This document shows, in pieces, positions 1 to 10,409 of a DNA stretch of 64,000 bases (position 1 is its first letter; the number at the start of each line of letters is the position of its first letter). The stretch is from assembly GCA_017625505.1 (NCBI GenBank), contig JAGAKV010000011.1:25212-89211 (forward strand), in the 5' to 3' direction. Made by a program: the position numbers and the translations under genes. Under the pieces are notes generated by a model. It had not been told where the DNA came from and did no database searches. It saw only the letters and a list, made by a program, of their open reading frames with translations. Source of the stretch: Clostridia bacterium. Lineage in GTDB: Bacteria > Bacillota > Clostridia > Christensenellales > UBA1242.

Positions 1-3000
1 GTAGTGACACTTGAAAATAATACAATCTCACTCTACTACACTACTGAAAAACTTACTGGAGTTAAGTTTAACGATCAGCTTACTGCTTCATTCGTTGAAT
101 TTGAAGAAGTAACACTTTCAAGCGAAGAAAACAGCTACATTAAATTTACTAGTTTCTTACCTACTGCTCAAAACGTACTTGACATTATGGCAAACGATGT
201 GATCTCTGGCTCTATCACTACTACTATTGAAGAGCAAGACATTGAAATATCATTTGCTTACAGCCAAAGCGAAAACAAAGCTTGCGCTTACACTCAAATA
301 CTTGGAATTGATGTAAACATCTACATGACAAACGGAAAGGTATTTGTAAATGTTCAAGACAAGTTTAAGTTTATCTCTGATACTTCAACTTTCATGGATG
401 ACATTCAAGCGTTCTTAACTAACGTTGGACTTGAAATGAATATTGACTCACAAGAAATCTTCACCGAGCTTGCAAACCTATTAAATCCAGCAGTCAATGC
501 ACTCTTCATTAAGAACTTCGTTCAAAATGACAACACTACTGTAGTTACACTTTTCAACGACATTGCATTCACTATCACAAACACTGACAACGCAATCACT
601 CTTGCAAGTCAAGTTGAGAACATTCCATTCGCTATTCATATTGAAGGAAATGGAGATGTTGTAATTCCTCAGCTTGTTGAAGAAGACTACACTGACATTA
701 ATGTACTTCTTAATCTTGCAGCTGCGGCGCATAACGCAGGGCTTACAAAACTGCTTACACCAGCAATTGATACCCTTGCAGCTGGAAATCTTGGCGCAAC
801 ATTTGACTTCTCTTATGACGAGATTACTGTAAGCGGTCATATTTCAATCAATATCACCGATCTAAGTCTTGGAATCAATGTAAACGTTCGCGGCCTTGAT
901 GTAAACATCATTATTCTCTCAGACGATGTTGTTTATATTGAATTTGGAAATGTTTATGCAAAATTTGCACTTGCTGATCTTCCAAAAGTTGGTGAGATTT
1001 TAGAAGAATACTTTGATATTTCTCTTCCATTTGCAGCAATCTTAGAAATACTCAACGACATCCGCACAGGAGAGTTCAATCCTATTGACGCACTTAACAC
1101 ATTAGAAATTGAAATTGATCTTGAGAAGTTTGATCTTGCTTACTTTGACAGTGTGGAAGTTAGCGACGAGTCTTACACCCTCCCTCTTGAAGGCATTGGC
1201 CAGATCAATCTTAAAGCCGATGAGACAACTCTTCAAAGCGTTGGATTTGAAGGATTTGGAATTAAGGCAAACGGATATTTAAGTGAATATAAAGTATTTG
1301 ATCTTTCCCTTCTGAAAAACGAATATATTGATCTTGCACTCCTGCTTCCTACTGCTGAAAACATTCTTGATATCATCTCTTACAACACCCTTTCAGGTCA
1401 AATTGTAATTTATGATAGAGAACTTGACCTCAACATTCCTATCGATTATGTTGTAGCAAAAGATAGTGAAGTTTATGTAAGCTTTACAACAAACATCTAT
1501 GGCGCACATATCAGCGGAAAATACTACAAAGAAAAAGTTTATCTTGAATTTGCAGAAAGCGTAAGCATTGTGGTTGACGTACTCAACCTGCCAGCAGCAA
1601 TACAAGAAGTGATGGATAGCGCAGGAAAGAATATTCAAACTGACCTGTTTGTAACAATCAAGGACATACTTGACAAACTTCTTAGCAGCAACTCAGGCTC
1701 ACTGATTTCAACTGCTGTGGGACTGTTTGATAGCGTTAAATCAACATTTGACAAAACATCAATTGAAATCTTAATCAAAAATCTAGTTTCAACTGATAAT
1801 GGGCTTGTACTCACCCTTCACGATAACACAGCTATTACACTTGCAAATGTTAGTGCTGGGCTTACCGGAGCAACTGCGATCGACTATATTGACTTAAACG
1901 TGTCAGTTTATGGCTCAAATGATACAATTGTCATCCCTACCCTCAACGACAGCGATTACATTCCAATTGAGAACATTCTCGAACTTGTTAAGGCATTCTT
2001 TAATATGACTCATAAAGACGACTTCAATATTCAAGGAACACTCCACATTGTTGGAAGCCTTATTGGAATTGATATCAACATGGATGTTGATGTAAACGCA
2101 CAAGTTAAAATAGTAGACGGCAAAGTTATGTTCCAAGCAGTGATTGGAGAAATTCCTGCAATTGTAGGCGTAAACAATGACGTACCTTACAAGTTTGGTG
2201 ACACTGAAAGTGGAAGCGACAGATATGTTTATCTATACTTTGACGGCGGCGACCTGTATATTTATAGAAGCGAAAATGTTGACGTTGTATTTGGTGCAAG
2301 CAAGCGTCACTACGAAAAATGTACCAAGATCAGTGCAGATACACTGCTCGCAGATCCTATGTACTACTTGCAATACATGCTTGGATTTACCGACACAATC
2401 ATGGCTGAAATTGAAAAAGCGATGGATCTTGCTCAAAATAGAGAAACACCAATCGACCTTAACAATGTTGTAAATGATCTTGCATGTGACGGCGATCGCT
2501 TTGACCTTATACTCAACCTTGCCGAGATTGCAAACAACGAACTTCTCGATACCCTTGATCTTGATCTTCTTCTCAACAAAGACGGAGAAAACAAGAGTTA
2601 TATCTACCAGCTTGGCCTTGCAGTATTTATGCCTTTAGCGGCAAACGTTTTCGAACTTGATATTTCTTCTGACAACATCAGAATTGTAGATTATGGTTCA
2701 ACAGTTGACCTTTCAAGACTATACGAATACGTTGGAAATTATAAATACAACTATGGCGAAGAATGGGAAGCAAGCGACGGCTCTTGGGAAAAGGCTAGTG
2801 ATAAACAATATACTATCAGCTTTGAAGAAAATGGAGGCGACAGTCAAGCAGACATTGTAGGCGTTTATGGCTCACCTATCACCCTTCCAACTTATACAAA
2901 CTCAATCGTAACTGATGATGGTGTGGCAAAAACAACTGCTACATTTGCTGGTTGGTATACAACTGCAAACTTTAAAGAGGGCACACAATTTACTGAAACC

Positions 3001-4050
3001 ACTATGCCACGAAGAGACACTACTCTTTATGCAAAATGGAATAAAGTAAGTCTCTACTATCGCACAATCAAGTTTGTGACAAACTCAACTGACGTAATCG
3101 ACAGCATTACACAGCTTGAAGGAACCACAGTAGTTGTTCCATACCTTGACACAAAACAAGAAACAGTTGGCGACGCAACAACAACTTACAAGTTTGCAGG
3201 CTGGTATATAGATTCAACTTGTACAGAGGAATTTACTTCTTACAAGATGCCAAGTCAAAGCATAGTGCTTTACGCTAAATGGGATTTTGTAAAGACCGAA
3301 ACTACTAAAACATTTGAACTTATTCACAATGGTTCTACACTCTACTCTTACAGAATCAAAGCTGGTGACAGTATTGATCTTTCAAGCGTAACGCAGGTTG
3401 ATACAACAAGCAGCAAACCAACTCTTTTCTATACAGATGCAGCACGCACTACGCTGTATGGCGGCAACTTCATAATGCCTGAAACAGATCTTACAATCTA
3501 TATGAAAAATGCATATACGCTTACTGCTACAAGCAGATTTGGCAACACAGCAACGGCAACTTACTACTTGTATGAAGGCGAAGCTCTTACTCTTCCAACG
3601 CAAAACAGCTATGTTTCTGATGATGGAAATACAAGAAAGACCTACACATTCCTCGGCTATAGTGAAAATATCACGTCAATGCCTTGCGAAAACAAAAATG
3701 TTGTAGCAAATTGGAGCGAGGATATTAAGCATTACTATACAATCACATTTGATATGAGCTTAACGTATCGCCCATTGGGTTGCGCAGCCGGTGCAAAATT
3801 TAAAAAAGCACCTCCTTCAATCCCTTCAATCAAGGTTCTTGAAGGAACAGTGATCGATCTGACACAAAGCACATATCAAGTTGAATGTCAAATTTGGGGA
3901 ACGGCAATTTCCTTTGGAGTTTACTACACCTTCCGCTCTACAACTTGGGGAACTTCGGTTAATAGCACCGCAAGCTCAGGCGGCAACGGCTTCACATCAT
4001 ATACAGTAACAGGCAATGCCACACTTTACCCATATTGGCAAAAGGTTTAG
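1..4050 (+). CDS. Large secreted/surface repeat protein, 5'-truncated by the window edge, with C-terminal Listeria-Bacteroides (Flg_new / InlB B-repeat type) modules
   Basis: The frame is open from base 1 to TAG at 4048-4050. From about aa 930 there are repeated ~70-aa modules of the form Y.I.F..NGG...G..G....LP......F.GWY......F....MP..D..LYAKW. Confidence 0.75.
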   Translation, partial: VVTLENNTISLYYTTEKLTGVKFNDQLTASFVEFEEVTLSSEENSYIKFTSFLPTAQNVLDIMANDVISGSITTTIEEQDIEISFAYSQSENKACAYTQILGIDVNIYMTNGKVFVNVQDKFKFISDTSTFMDDIQAFLTNVGLEMNIDSQEIFTELANLLNPAVNALFIKNFVQNDNTTVVTLFNDIAFTITNTDNAITLASQVENIPFAIHIEGNGDVVIPQLVEEDYTDINVLLNLAAAAHNAGLTKLLTPAIDTLAAGNLGATFDFSYDEITVSGHISINITDLSLGINVNVRGLDVNIIILSDDVVYIEFGNVYAKFALADLPKVGEILEEYFDISLPFAAILEILNDIRTGEFNPIDALNTLEIEIDLEKFDLAYFDSVEVSDESYTLPLEGIGQINLKADETTLQSVGFEGFGIKANGYLSEYKVFDLSLLKNEYIDLALLLPTAENILDIISYNTLSGQIVIYDRELDLNIPIDYVVAKDSEVYVSFTTNIYGAHISGKYYKEKVYLEFAESVSIVVDVLNLPAAIQEVMDSAGKNIQTDLFVTIKDILDKLLSSNSGSLISTAVGLFDSVKSTFDKTSIEILIKNLVSTDNGLVLTLHDNTAITLANVSAGLTGATAIDYIDLNVSVYGSNDTIVIPTLNDSDYIPIENILELVKAFFNMTHKDDFNIQGTLHIVGSLIGIDINMDVDVNAQVKIVDGKVMFQAVIGEIPAIVGVNNDVPYKFGDTESGSDRYVYLYFDGGDLYIYRSENVDVVFGASKRHYEKCTKISADTLLADPMYYLQYMLGFTDTIMAEIEKAMDLAQNRETPIDLNNVVNDLACDGDRFDLILNLAEIANNELLDTLDLDLLLNKDGENKSYIYQLGLAVFMPLAANVFELDISSDNIRIVDYGSTVDLSRLYEYVGNYKYNYGEEWEASDGSWEKASDKQYTISFEENGGDSQADIVGVYGSPITLPTYTNSIVTDDGVAKTTATFAGWYTTANFKEGTQFTETTMPRRDTTLYAKWNKVSLYYRTIKFVTNSTDVIDSITQLEGTTVVVPYLDTKQETVGDATTTYKFAGWYIDSTCTEEFTSYKMPSQSIVLYAKWDFVKTETTKTFELIHNGSTLYSYRIKAGDSIDLSSVTQVDTTSSKPTLFYTDAARTTLYGGNFIMPETDLTIYMKNAYTLTATSRFGNTATATYYLYEGEALTLPTQNSYVSDDGNTRKTYTFLGYSENITSMPCENKNVVANWSEDIKHYYTITFDMSLTYRPLGCAAGAKFKKAPPSIPSIKVLEGTVIDLTQSTYQVECQIWGTAISFGVYYTFRSTTWGTSVNSTASSGGNGFTSYTVTGNATLYPYWQKV

Positions 4051-4061
4051 GTGCAAAAAAA

Positions 4062-4089
4062 AGATGAGAAAAAATCTCATCTTTTTTTA
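4062..4089 (+). terminator. Rho-independent terminator
   Basis: 9-bp stem AAGATGAGA/TCTCATCTT with a 5-nt loop, followed by a T-run. An A-run upstream means it could also act for the convergent minE-like gene. Confidence 0.8.
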
Positions 4090-4185
4090 TTTATTTTCCA
4101 ATCCCTTTCTGCACGCATTAGGCGCAAGAGGTTTGAGCCTTTAACGAGATTGTGTGCCCTAGCCTACAATCATTTAGCGCAAATC

Positions 4186-4413
4186 CTATGGTTGATAGCC
4201 AAATGAATTTATACGCTGCGCCTCAAATTCTATGAAAAAAATATTTTTATTCTTTTCTTTTTTAAACCTCACTTTTACATCTTTTTCAAGTTGGATATAA
4301 CTTTCAATAATGGGCGAAAGTTCTTCCTCAAGCACCTTGCACACCCTTTGAGGATTGCCTATTTTATCGCTCTCAAGCATATCATGCAGCCTGTTTGTAA
4401 TTTGATAATTCAC
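4186..4413 (-). CDS. MinE-like small protein (possible cell-division topological specificity factor)
   Basis: 75-aa ORF directly downstream of minD. The central L.EEL..II..YI.LEKDVKV.F stretch resembles the MinE C-domain, but the N-terminal MinD-binding/membrane helix is not recognisable. Confidence 0.45.
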   Translation of the reverse strand: MNYQITNRLHDMLESDKIGNPQRVCKVLEEELSPIIESYIQLEKDVKVRFKKEKNKNIFFIEFEAQRINSFGYQP

Positions 4414-4425
4414 CCTTTTCCCTCC

Positions 4426-5217
4426 TTAAACTCTCTTTTTGATGTTTCGTCTTAGATAGCCCATAAGCCCCCTATATTTGTATGTGCAGTCAAAAATCTT
4501 TTTTGAGCCGTTGTGAATGTTTTCGCTTAAAAGAGTAAACGCTCTTGCGCTTTCAATTGACTGTAGTCGCACACCAATTGAGCATGAAGAGCCTATTGCA
4601 TCATCTTCAGGAATCACGCCAAGCAGCGGCAAATTGAGCGCTTTGACAATGCTTTCAATGTTAAGCAGCTCGCCGCTGAGCATCAAATCGCCTCTCATAC
4701 GGTTGATTACAAGCCCTTGATCACGCAAGCCGCTTTGTGAGAGTAGCGCCGAAACCTTTCCTGCATCTCGTATAGAAGAAAGATGAGGGGTTACAACGAT
4801 TAGCGCCTCATCAGCCGAAAAAACAGCCCTTTCAAAGCCCGCTTCAACTCCAGCTGGACAATCAATCAGAATATAGTCAAAACTGCTCTCAAGCATACTA
4901 AGCACGTTTTTGATATGCTCGCCAAGTATTGTAACTTTATTATAGGCGTGGGCGGAAGGCATAATATACAGCGACGAGATATTTTTATCCTGCACAAGCG
5001 CCTGTTTTGGCCTGCATTTGCCCATGATTACGTCCGTAATATCAAACACCACCTGATTTTCAATGCCCATAACGACATCAAGGTTGTTAAGTCCAATATC
5101 AACATCTATCAACACCACTCTAAAGCCAAGTTTTGCAAGATTGATTCCAAGATTGGCACATACCGTCGTTTTACCTACGCCACCTTTGCCGCTTGTCATT
5201 ACAATTTTTCTCGCCAT
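4426..5217 (-). CDS. minD: Septum site-determining ATPase MinD
   Basis: Deviant Walker A SGKGGVGKTT at the N-terminus, a length of 263 aa, and ParA/MinD-family similarity throughout. Confidence 0.9.
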   Translation of the reverse strand: MARKIVMTSGKGGVGKTTVCANLGINLAKLGFRVVLIDVDIGLNNLDVVMGIENQVVFDITDVIMGKCRPKQALVQDKNISSLYIMPSAHAYNKVTILGEHIKNVLSMLESSFDYILIDCPAGVEAGFERAVFSADEALIVVTPHLSSIRDAGKVSALLSQSGLRDQGLVINRMRGDLMLSGELLNIESIVKALNLPLLGVIPEDDAIGSSCSIGVRLQSIESARAFTLLSENIHNGSKKIFDCTYKYRGLMGYLRRNIKKRV

Positions 5218-5301
5218 TGCCCTTCTCCTCGCTTATATTTTAGCAAAAATAATAGCCAACAAAAAAGGAAGAAATGTCGATTTCTTCCTTAATATGTCTA
5301 T

Positions 5302-6303
5302 TTATGTGTTTTCAACTATTCTCTTTAAAAGTTTATCATCATCAAGAAGTTTGCCTGCGCCCAGAATTGAAACATGCTCGGCATCTTCAACAATTTTAAA
5401 TGGATATTTTAGGTTTCTTTTCAAATAGTATTCAAGTCCAGACAAATTGCTCATTCCACCAGTAAACAGCACGCCGCTGTTGATAATATCATGAGAAACT
5501 TCTGGAGGAAGTGAAGTAATTGTAACGTCAACGCTTCGAACAATTTCCTCAAAGAAGGGATGAAGCACCACAGACAGATCTTTTGCTGAAATAATGTAAG
5601 ATCTTGGCACCTTGCTTTCTACATCAACGCCTGTCACTTCCATATTTAGAGAATCGTTTGGATATAAACTGCCCACCTCGATTTTAAGCGTTTCAGCCGT
5701 TCCCATTCCGATAAGAATGCCATGCTCATATGCGATTGTGTTTGCAATAGCAACATCTACAGCCTTACCGCCAAGTCCAAGGGTTGCACCTTTTATAATT
5801 GTATTTAAATTGACAACTGCAATGTCAGTATTTGCGCCGCCAATGTTTACTACCATGTTTGTTTTTGTTGAGCTTATATTTTTGCCTGCACCAATGAGTG
5901 AGCATATAACTGTAGGAACAAGTTCTACCCTCTTAAATCCAATTTCATACATGAGGTTTAAAAATGTCTCTCTTTCATCGTCTGTAAGTCCACAGTTTAT
6001 CAGAACAATGACGCTGTCAACTTTCTTTCTAAACTCAACTTTTGCAAAAAAGTATTCAAGAAGCTGCTTAAGATATTCATAATTTATAATCTTGCCATTG
6101 GTGATTGGGCTAAAGATTTCCGCGCTATCATTTGTTTTTCCCAGCATATCCTTTGCCTGTTGGCCAAACCCTGTGATTTTATAGCCATCTACCAGTGCTT
6201 CTGCGCAAACAAGAGTAGGCTCACACAGCGCAAACCCCTCATCTTTGACATATATTTTGGTATATGAACCACCAATTTCAATTGCATATTTAAATTTATC
6301 CAT
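5302..6303 (-). CDS. mreB: MreB/Mbl-family actin-like protein
   Basis: Actin-fold motifs IEIGGSYTKIYV, NIGGANTDIAV and FTGGMSNLSGL. I placed the start at MDKFKY (ATG 6303), which is preceded by AAAGGAGAAAG. Confidence 0.8.
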   Translation of the reverse strand: MDKFKYAIEIGGSYTKIYVKDEGFALCEPTLVCAEALVDGYKITGFGQQAKDMLGKTNDSAEIFSPITNGKIINYEYLKQLLEYFFAKVEFRKKVDSVIVLINCGLTDDERETFLNLMYEIGFKRVELVPTVICSLIGAGKNISSTKTNMVVNIGGANTDIAVVNLNTIIKGATLGLGGKAVDVAIANTIAYEHGILIGMGTAETLKIEVGSLYPNDSLNMEVTGVDVESKVPRSYIISAKDLSVVLHPFFEEIVRSVDVTITSLPPEVSHDIINSGVLFTGGMSNLSGLEYYLKRNLKYPFKIVEDAEHVSILGAGKLLDDDKLLKRIVENT

Positions 6304-6331
6304 ATCTTTCTCCTTTGTTTTTCTCAAAGAA

Positions 6332-7597
6332 TTAAACTGTTATTTTTACTGCTCTGGCGCCTACATTTATTGTCACACTATCGCCATTTGATATGTTAAG
6401 CAAGAAATAAATAAAGTCATTACGATCTTTGATCTCATATACTTTGCCGCTTGCGTCAATGCAGGAAGTAATAGTTCCCCCTGTCGAAAGCGTTCTGAAG
6501 GAAGATAAGCCTGTATTATCAAGAATATAATATCCTTCTTGTGTCATATTAAAGCCTGTAGCATATCTGCTGACATCTCTGCTGTATGTTTTTCCATTAA
6601 GATAGTAGTAATATGTGCCCACTTTGTAAATAAGAATATCTTTTGCAATGCTGGCCTCAATTGAGTCGATGCCGCTTATTCCTATTTTATCAAGAGTATA
6701 AATGGTATTTGCTCCATCCGCTTCATTGTTTTCAATAAGTTTGTCAATAATGCACATTGCAGGATAGATTGGAACAAAACCGTTCATTTGATTTCCGCCC
6801 GTTGTCGTCTCGTCTGTTGAAAGAGTGCTGAGGCCAATTAGATAGCCATCTTTATCAAAACAGCCGCCACCCGAGTTTCCTGGAGTGATTCCAACAGTCA
6901 TGTCAACCACATCTTCATACATGTTTGAAAGCACTTCCTTGCCGCTTACATATTCGACAGTCATCATGCTTAATACATCATTTGTTGCAATATTTCCCTC
7001 TGTAAATCTGTTGAGATAGTCTTGCTCATCGAGAGGACAGCCGATTGTGAAAATTTGTTGAATTTTAAATCTTTCGCCCTCGTCTGGATCAATTACGATA
7101 TCTTTCATGGTAACGTAATTTAGATTGCATGTGTCACTGTAGAGAACGGCAATATCAAGGTTCTCGTTTGCCCACAATACATTGCACTTGAATCTCTCTT
7201 CTTGCTCGGTCAATATTGTTACATCTAAGCTTGAATAATTGTCTGTACCCATGTCAATTACATGGTGATTTGTGACAATATAACTTCCCTTTGTTGCACC
7301 AAGTTTTCCCTCTTCTGTGTCAATGCCAGTTTTATATCCCTTTGAAGCAATGCAGACACCACTTCCAAGAGCGGCGTTTCCGCCATAGGAAACATTTACA
7401 GCAACGGTAGCGTTGCCCTCGATATAGTGATTTCCAATGTCGTATATATCCATATCTGCTGTGATTTGATCGGTCAGACAGTTGGTATCAGAATACACTC
7501 TTGGAGAATTAAAAAGAGGCATCAGAAAACTTATGCCGTAGGATAAAGCGAGTACTAATAAAAGGGTTGATAGTACTGTAATCCATGTTCTTTTCAT
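6332..7597 (-). CDS. Membrane-anchored trypsin-like (S1) serine protease
   Basis: N-terminal TM helix. Catalytic-triad contexts are TNHHV (His), DIAVL (Asp) and TPGNSGGG (Ser). Confidence 0.75.
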   Translation of the reverse strand: MKRTWITVLSTLLLVLALSYGISFLMPLFNSPRVYSDTNCLTDQITADMDIYDIGNHYIEGNATVAVNVSYGGNAALGSGVCIASKGYKTGIDTEEGKLGATKGSYIVTNHHVIDMGTDNYSSLDVTILTEQEERFKCNVLWANENLDIAVLYSDTCNLNYVTMKDIVIDPDEGERFKIQQIFTIGCPLDEQDYLNRFTEGNIATNDVLSMMTVEYVSGKEVLSNMYEDVVDMTVGITPGNSGGGCFDKDGYLIGLSTLSTDETTTGGNQMNGFVPIYPAMCIIDKLIENNEADGANTIYTLDKIGISGIDSIEASIAKDILIYKVGTYYYYLNGKTYSRDVSRYATGFNMTQEGYYILDNTGLSSFRTLSTGGTITSCIDASGKVYEIKDRNDFIYFLLNISNGDSVTINVGARAVKITV

Positions 7598-7612
7598 TTT
7601 GCCTCCTAAGAT

Positions 7613-9097
7613 TTAAATAATTTGTAAACTCTTTTTATACACTTTTCTATAATCTTGAGCCACTTTCATTCCTTCAAGAATTTCATAGCTTGCATCCCCT
7701 TCAACGACTGTTTTCATAATGATTGAATCGCCAAGAATGTCACATACAATGTCTTTTACGATTGGTTTTCTAGATGCGTTGAGAGCCGCTGCGAGTTTTA
7801 CAAGAACTCCCAGTTTTCTTACTGCATCAAGATCTTCATCTGTGAGTATATCTTTATATTTTATCCATTCGTTTAAAGAAAATTCATCAAGATTTTGGCA
7901 AGTACAAATAAAACCTGCAATTAAGAGTTCTCTGTGTGAAGCACCATTAATGTCCGAGTAGACAATTTTGTTGAAACCGTGCCTTACATAATCTTCGCTG
8001 TTGACTACGCTGCCGCTGTTGTACATGTACGCAGCAATGCGCAAAGGTTTTACATAATATCTTGGAAGTTTATGCATAACTTTAAGCTGCTTAAACAAAA
8101 TAATTGCCATGTTGTAAACAGATTCATTAATCGAAAACTCTGTTTTATTAAACTCATAGAAATTTTCAAGTGAGCTTGTAAGAATGTCAGACATTCTCTC
8201 TTGAGAATTCATAATCACGTTTTGAATAAACGCGCCATTTCTTACGCTTGCAGTTGAAATGATGATTTCATTGATGTTGACTGCTTCTACAACCGCTTTA
8301 ATAATTGCAAGTCCGTTTGCAATTTTATCGGCATCGTCATAACTTACGCCTTTGATTTTTCTGATTTTATCAAGTTCTAAACCCTTGATGAAGTTGTAGG
8401 TTGCATCTATCCCTTCTTTTGAAACAAGATAGTTGTTGTCAACGTCAAGAGGATATCTTGCAATCTTTTTATGAAGTTTTCCTAAAGAGAGGAAAGCGTC
8501 ACCCAACCCTACAAAATTAAACTCTTCATCTGGTTCAGAAAGAAGCTCTTTTACATTAATCTTCTTTTTAAGAGTCTTCACAGCATTGTCAAGTTCTTCC
8601 CCTTCTGCCAATACGTTATAGGTTCCAACAGGAATTACAACGCTGCCAAGGATTGCTCGTCTATTGTATTTTACAATATAGGTTTCATAATTTCCTACAT
8701 AAACAAAAATCCCTTTTGGGTTGTCAATTGAGCACACAACGCTGTTGAAAAGATAGCGAATTTTTTCCTCATCAGACATAATCAGGAAATTAAGCGCTGT
8801 ATTGTTGTAAATTTCGTCAATAAATCCACGATAGTTTCTTGTACGCAGGATTACACTTGAAGCAAGTGAAATGATTTTTGATGTGCCATAGCTTTCTATC
8901 ATTTTTCTGTATATTTTTAAAATGTTTAAGATTTCATTTTTGGTTTGAGGGCTTAAAAGCTCTGCCTTGTCAATTTCTTTCGCAATAGCAAATGGTTGAC
9001 TTTGAGTAAGTGCAACATCATATTTTGTGCCATTAACCTTAAAGATTGTCATTTTAAGTGCGCTTTCATTAAGCTCTATAATTGCTACTTTTTCCAT
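7613..9097 (-). CDS. Ppx/GppA-family phosphatase with C-terminal HD-like domain
   Basis: 494 aa. The N-terminal half has an ASKHA/Ppx-GppA fold pattern and the C-terminal half is helical and HD-like. The call rests on overall family resemblance. Confidence 0.7.
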   Translation of the reverse strand: MEKVAIIELNESALKMTIFKVNGTKYDVALTQSQPFAIAKEIDKAELLSPQTKNEILNILKIYRKMIESYGTSKIISLASSVILRTRNYRGFIDEIYNNTALNFLIMSDEEKIRYLFNSVVCSIDNPKGIFVYVGNYETYIVKYNRRAILGSVVIPVGTYNVLAEGEELDNAVKTLKKKINVKELLSEPDEEFNFVGLGDAFLSLGKLHKKIARYPLDVDNNYLVSKEGIDATYNFIKGLELDKIRKIKGVSYDDADKIANGLAIIKAVVEAVNINEIIISTASVRNGAFIQNVIMNSQERMSDILTSSLENFYEFNKTEFSINESVYNMAIILFKQLKVMHKLPRYYVKPLRIAAYMYNSGSVVNSEDYVRHGFNKIVYSDINGASHRELLIAGFICTCQNLDEFSLNEWIKYKDILTDEDLDAVRKLGVLVKLAAALNASRKPIVKDIVCDILGDSIIMKTVVEGDASYEILEGMKVAQDYRKVYKKSLQII

Positions 9098-9104
9098 GTT
9101 TCAC

Positions 9105-9317
9105 CTACTTGTTGATTTTAATTGCTTCCACTGGGCAGCTTGCCTGGCAAGCACCACAACGAATGCACTTGTCTTTATCAATTTTTGCTTTGCCGTCAGT
9201 ATCAAAGCTTATTGCCTCTACTGGACAGATTGCTACACAGGTGCCACAGCCTATGCATATTTTTTTGTCTACGTTTTCTACAGTTTTGTTGTTATTATCA
9301 GCCATAGATTCCTCCAT
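9105..9317 (-). CDS. 2x[4Fe-4S] ferredoxin
   Basis: Two CxxCxxCxxxCP motifs (CIGCGTCVAICP and CIRCGACQASCP) in 70 aa. Confidence 0.9.
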   Translation of the reverse strand: MEESMADNNNKTVENVDKKICIGCGTCVAICPVEAISFDTDGKAKIDKDKCIRCGACQASCPVEAIKINK

Positions 9318-9380
9318 TAGCGATATTTTAGCATATTTTAAAGAATTTGTAAACTGTATTTGTAAAATAATATATTTATT

Positions 9381-9752
9381 TTACTTTTTTATTGCGCTAA
9401 CCAGCTGAAAAACCGATAATATACACAAAAATGCGCCAAAGCATACCCTTAAAATCTTGTTTGGAACTACCCCTGCAAGCAGCGCTCCGCCAGCCGAAGC
9501 AAGCACCCCAAAACATATCAAAAGCATCGTTCCCTTAGTATGAACGTATCCATTTTTAAAGTGTATTACAAGGCTAAAAAGCGCCATTACCAAAAAGGAA
9601 ACGAGGTTTATTCCTTGGGCAAGTTTTTGCGGAAAAGACAAAAAAATTGTAAGCATAGGAATCAGAAGCGTTCCGCCACCCATACCAAGTCCACCAAAAA
9701 CGCCAGCAATAGCACCTAAAACTATATTTAAAACAATTGCAAGAAAGCTCAT
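9381..9752 (-). CDS. TauE/SafE (TSUP) family membrane protein, C-terminal half-size unit
   Basis: 123 aa with 4 predicted TM helices and a G-rich first helix GVFGGLGMGGGTLLIP, which is typical of TSUP repeats. It overlaps the upstream half-gene by 4 bp. Confidence 0.65.
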   Translation of the reverse strand: MSFLAIVLNIVLGAIAGVFGGLGMGGGTLLIPMLTIFLSFPQKLAQGINLVSFLVMALFSLVIHFKNGYVHTKGTMLLICFGVLASAGGALLAGVVPNKILRVCFGAFLCILSVFQLVSAIKK

Positions 9753-10225
9753 ATAATCAGTTTTATCCCTCCTGCAAACATCACTACAGCAAAGATTATT
9801 CTCACTGCTTTTGGCGGCAAAAATTTAAGCGCAAAAGCGCCTAAGATTCCACCGCATACAACCCCAACTCCGACAGAAATAAGCGGAAATGATGAAATGT
9901 AGCCGTTTATCACATAAATAAAGGCCGAAATTAGGCTTAAAGGAAAGATTATCATAATCGCAGTTGCGTGCGAATGTTTTGCGTCAAGGCCGAGCACTTT
10001 TTGCAATATTGGCACGCACACCATACCTCCGCCGCCACCAAAAAATCCATTTAAAAACCCCATAATAGAGCCTGAAATGATCAGCCAAAGATTTGTGCGT
10101 TTTTTCGGCCCTTTTTCTTTATTTTGATATGCAAAAAAGGAGGCAGAGCGTGTCCCGAAAGCAACCTTTTTATTCTTGAGTTTCCTTTTCATCTTTAATA
10201 TTGTTTTTGTCTTTTTCTGTCTCAA
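9749..10225 (-). CDS. TauE/SafE (TSUP) family membrane protein, N-terminal half-size unit (start uncertain)
   Basis: Contains GFLNGFFGGGGGMVCVPIL and 4 TM helices. The basic N-terminal extension may not be translated. Confidence 0.6.
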   Translation of the reverse strand: MRQKKTKTILKMKRKLKNKKVAFGTRSASFFAYQNKEKGPKKRTNLWLIISGSIMGFLNGFFGGGGGMVCVPILQKVLGLDAKHSHATAIMIIFPLSLISAFIYVINGYISSFPLISVGVGVVCGGILGAFALKFLPPKAVRIIFAVVMFAGGIKLII

Positions 10226-10357
10226 TTTGTCTTTTCCTGTCCTTTATATTATATCTTTTCCCCTTTTGCTCAACTTATACTTACAAGCATTTTGCCCCAT
10301 TTTTTAAGATCAAAACCGCAATATAATCAATTATATAAATAAATATTTGAAAAAAGG

Positions 10358-10386
10358 TTGATTGTTGGCACAAAATGTTGTATAAT
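10358..10386 (+). promoter_or_regulatory. Sigma-A-type promoter of the 1104-aa surface protein gene
   Basis: TTGATT (10358-10363), a 17-nt spacer, and TATAAT (10381-10386). The AAAGGTGG RBS and ATG 10410 follow. Confidence 0.6.
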
Positions 10387-10409
10387 GGCTAGGTATTAAA
10401 AGGTGGATT

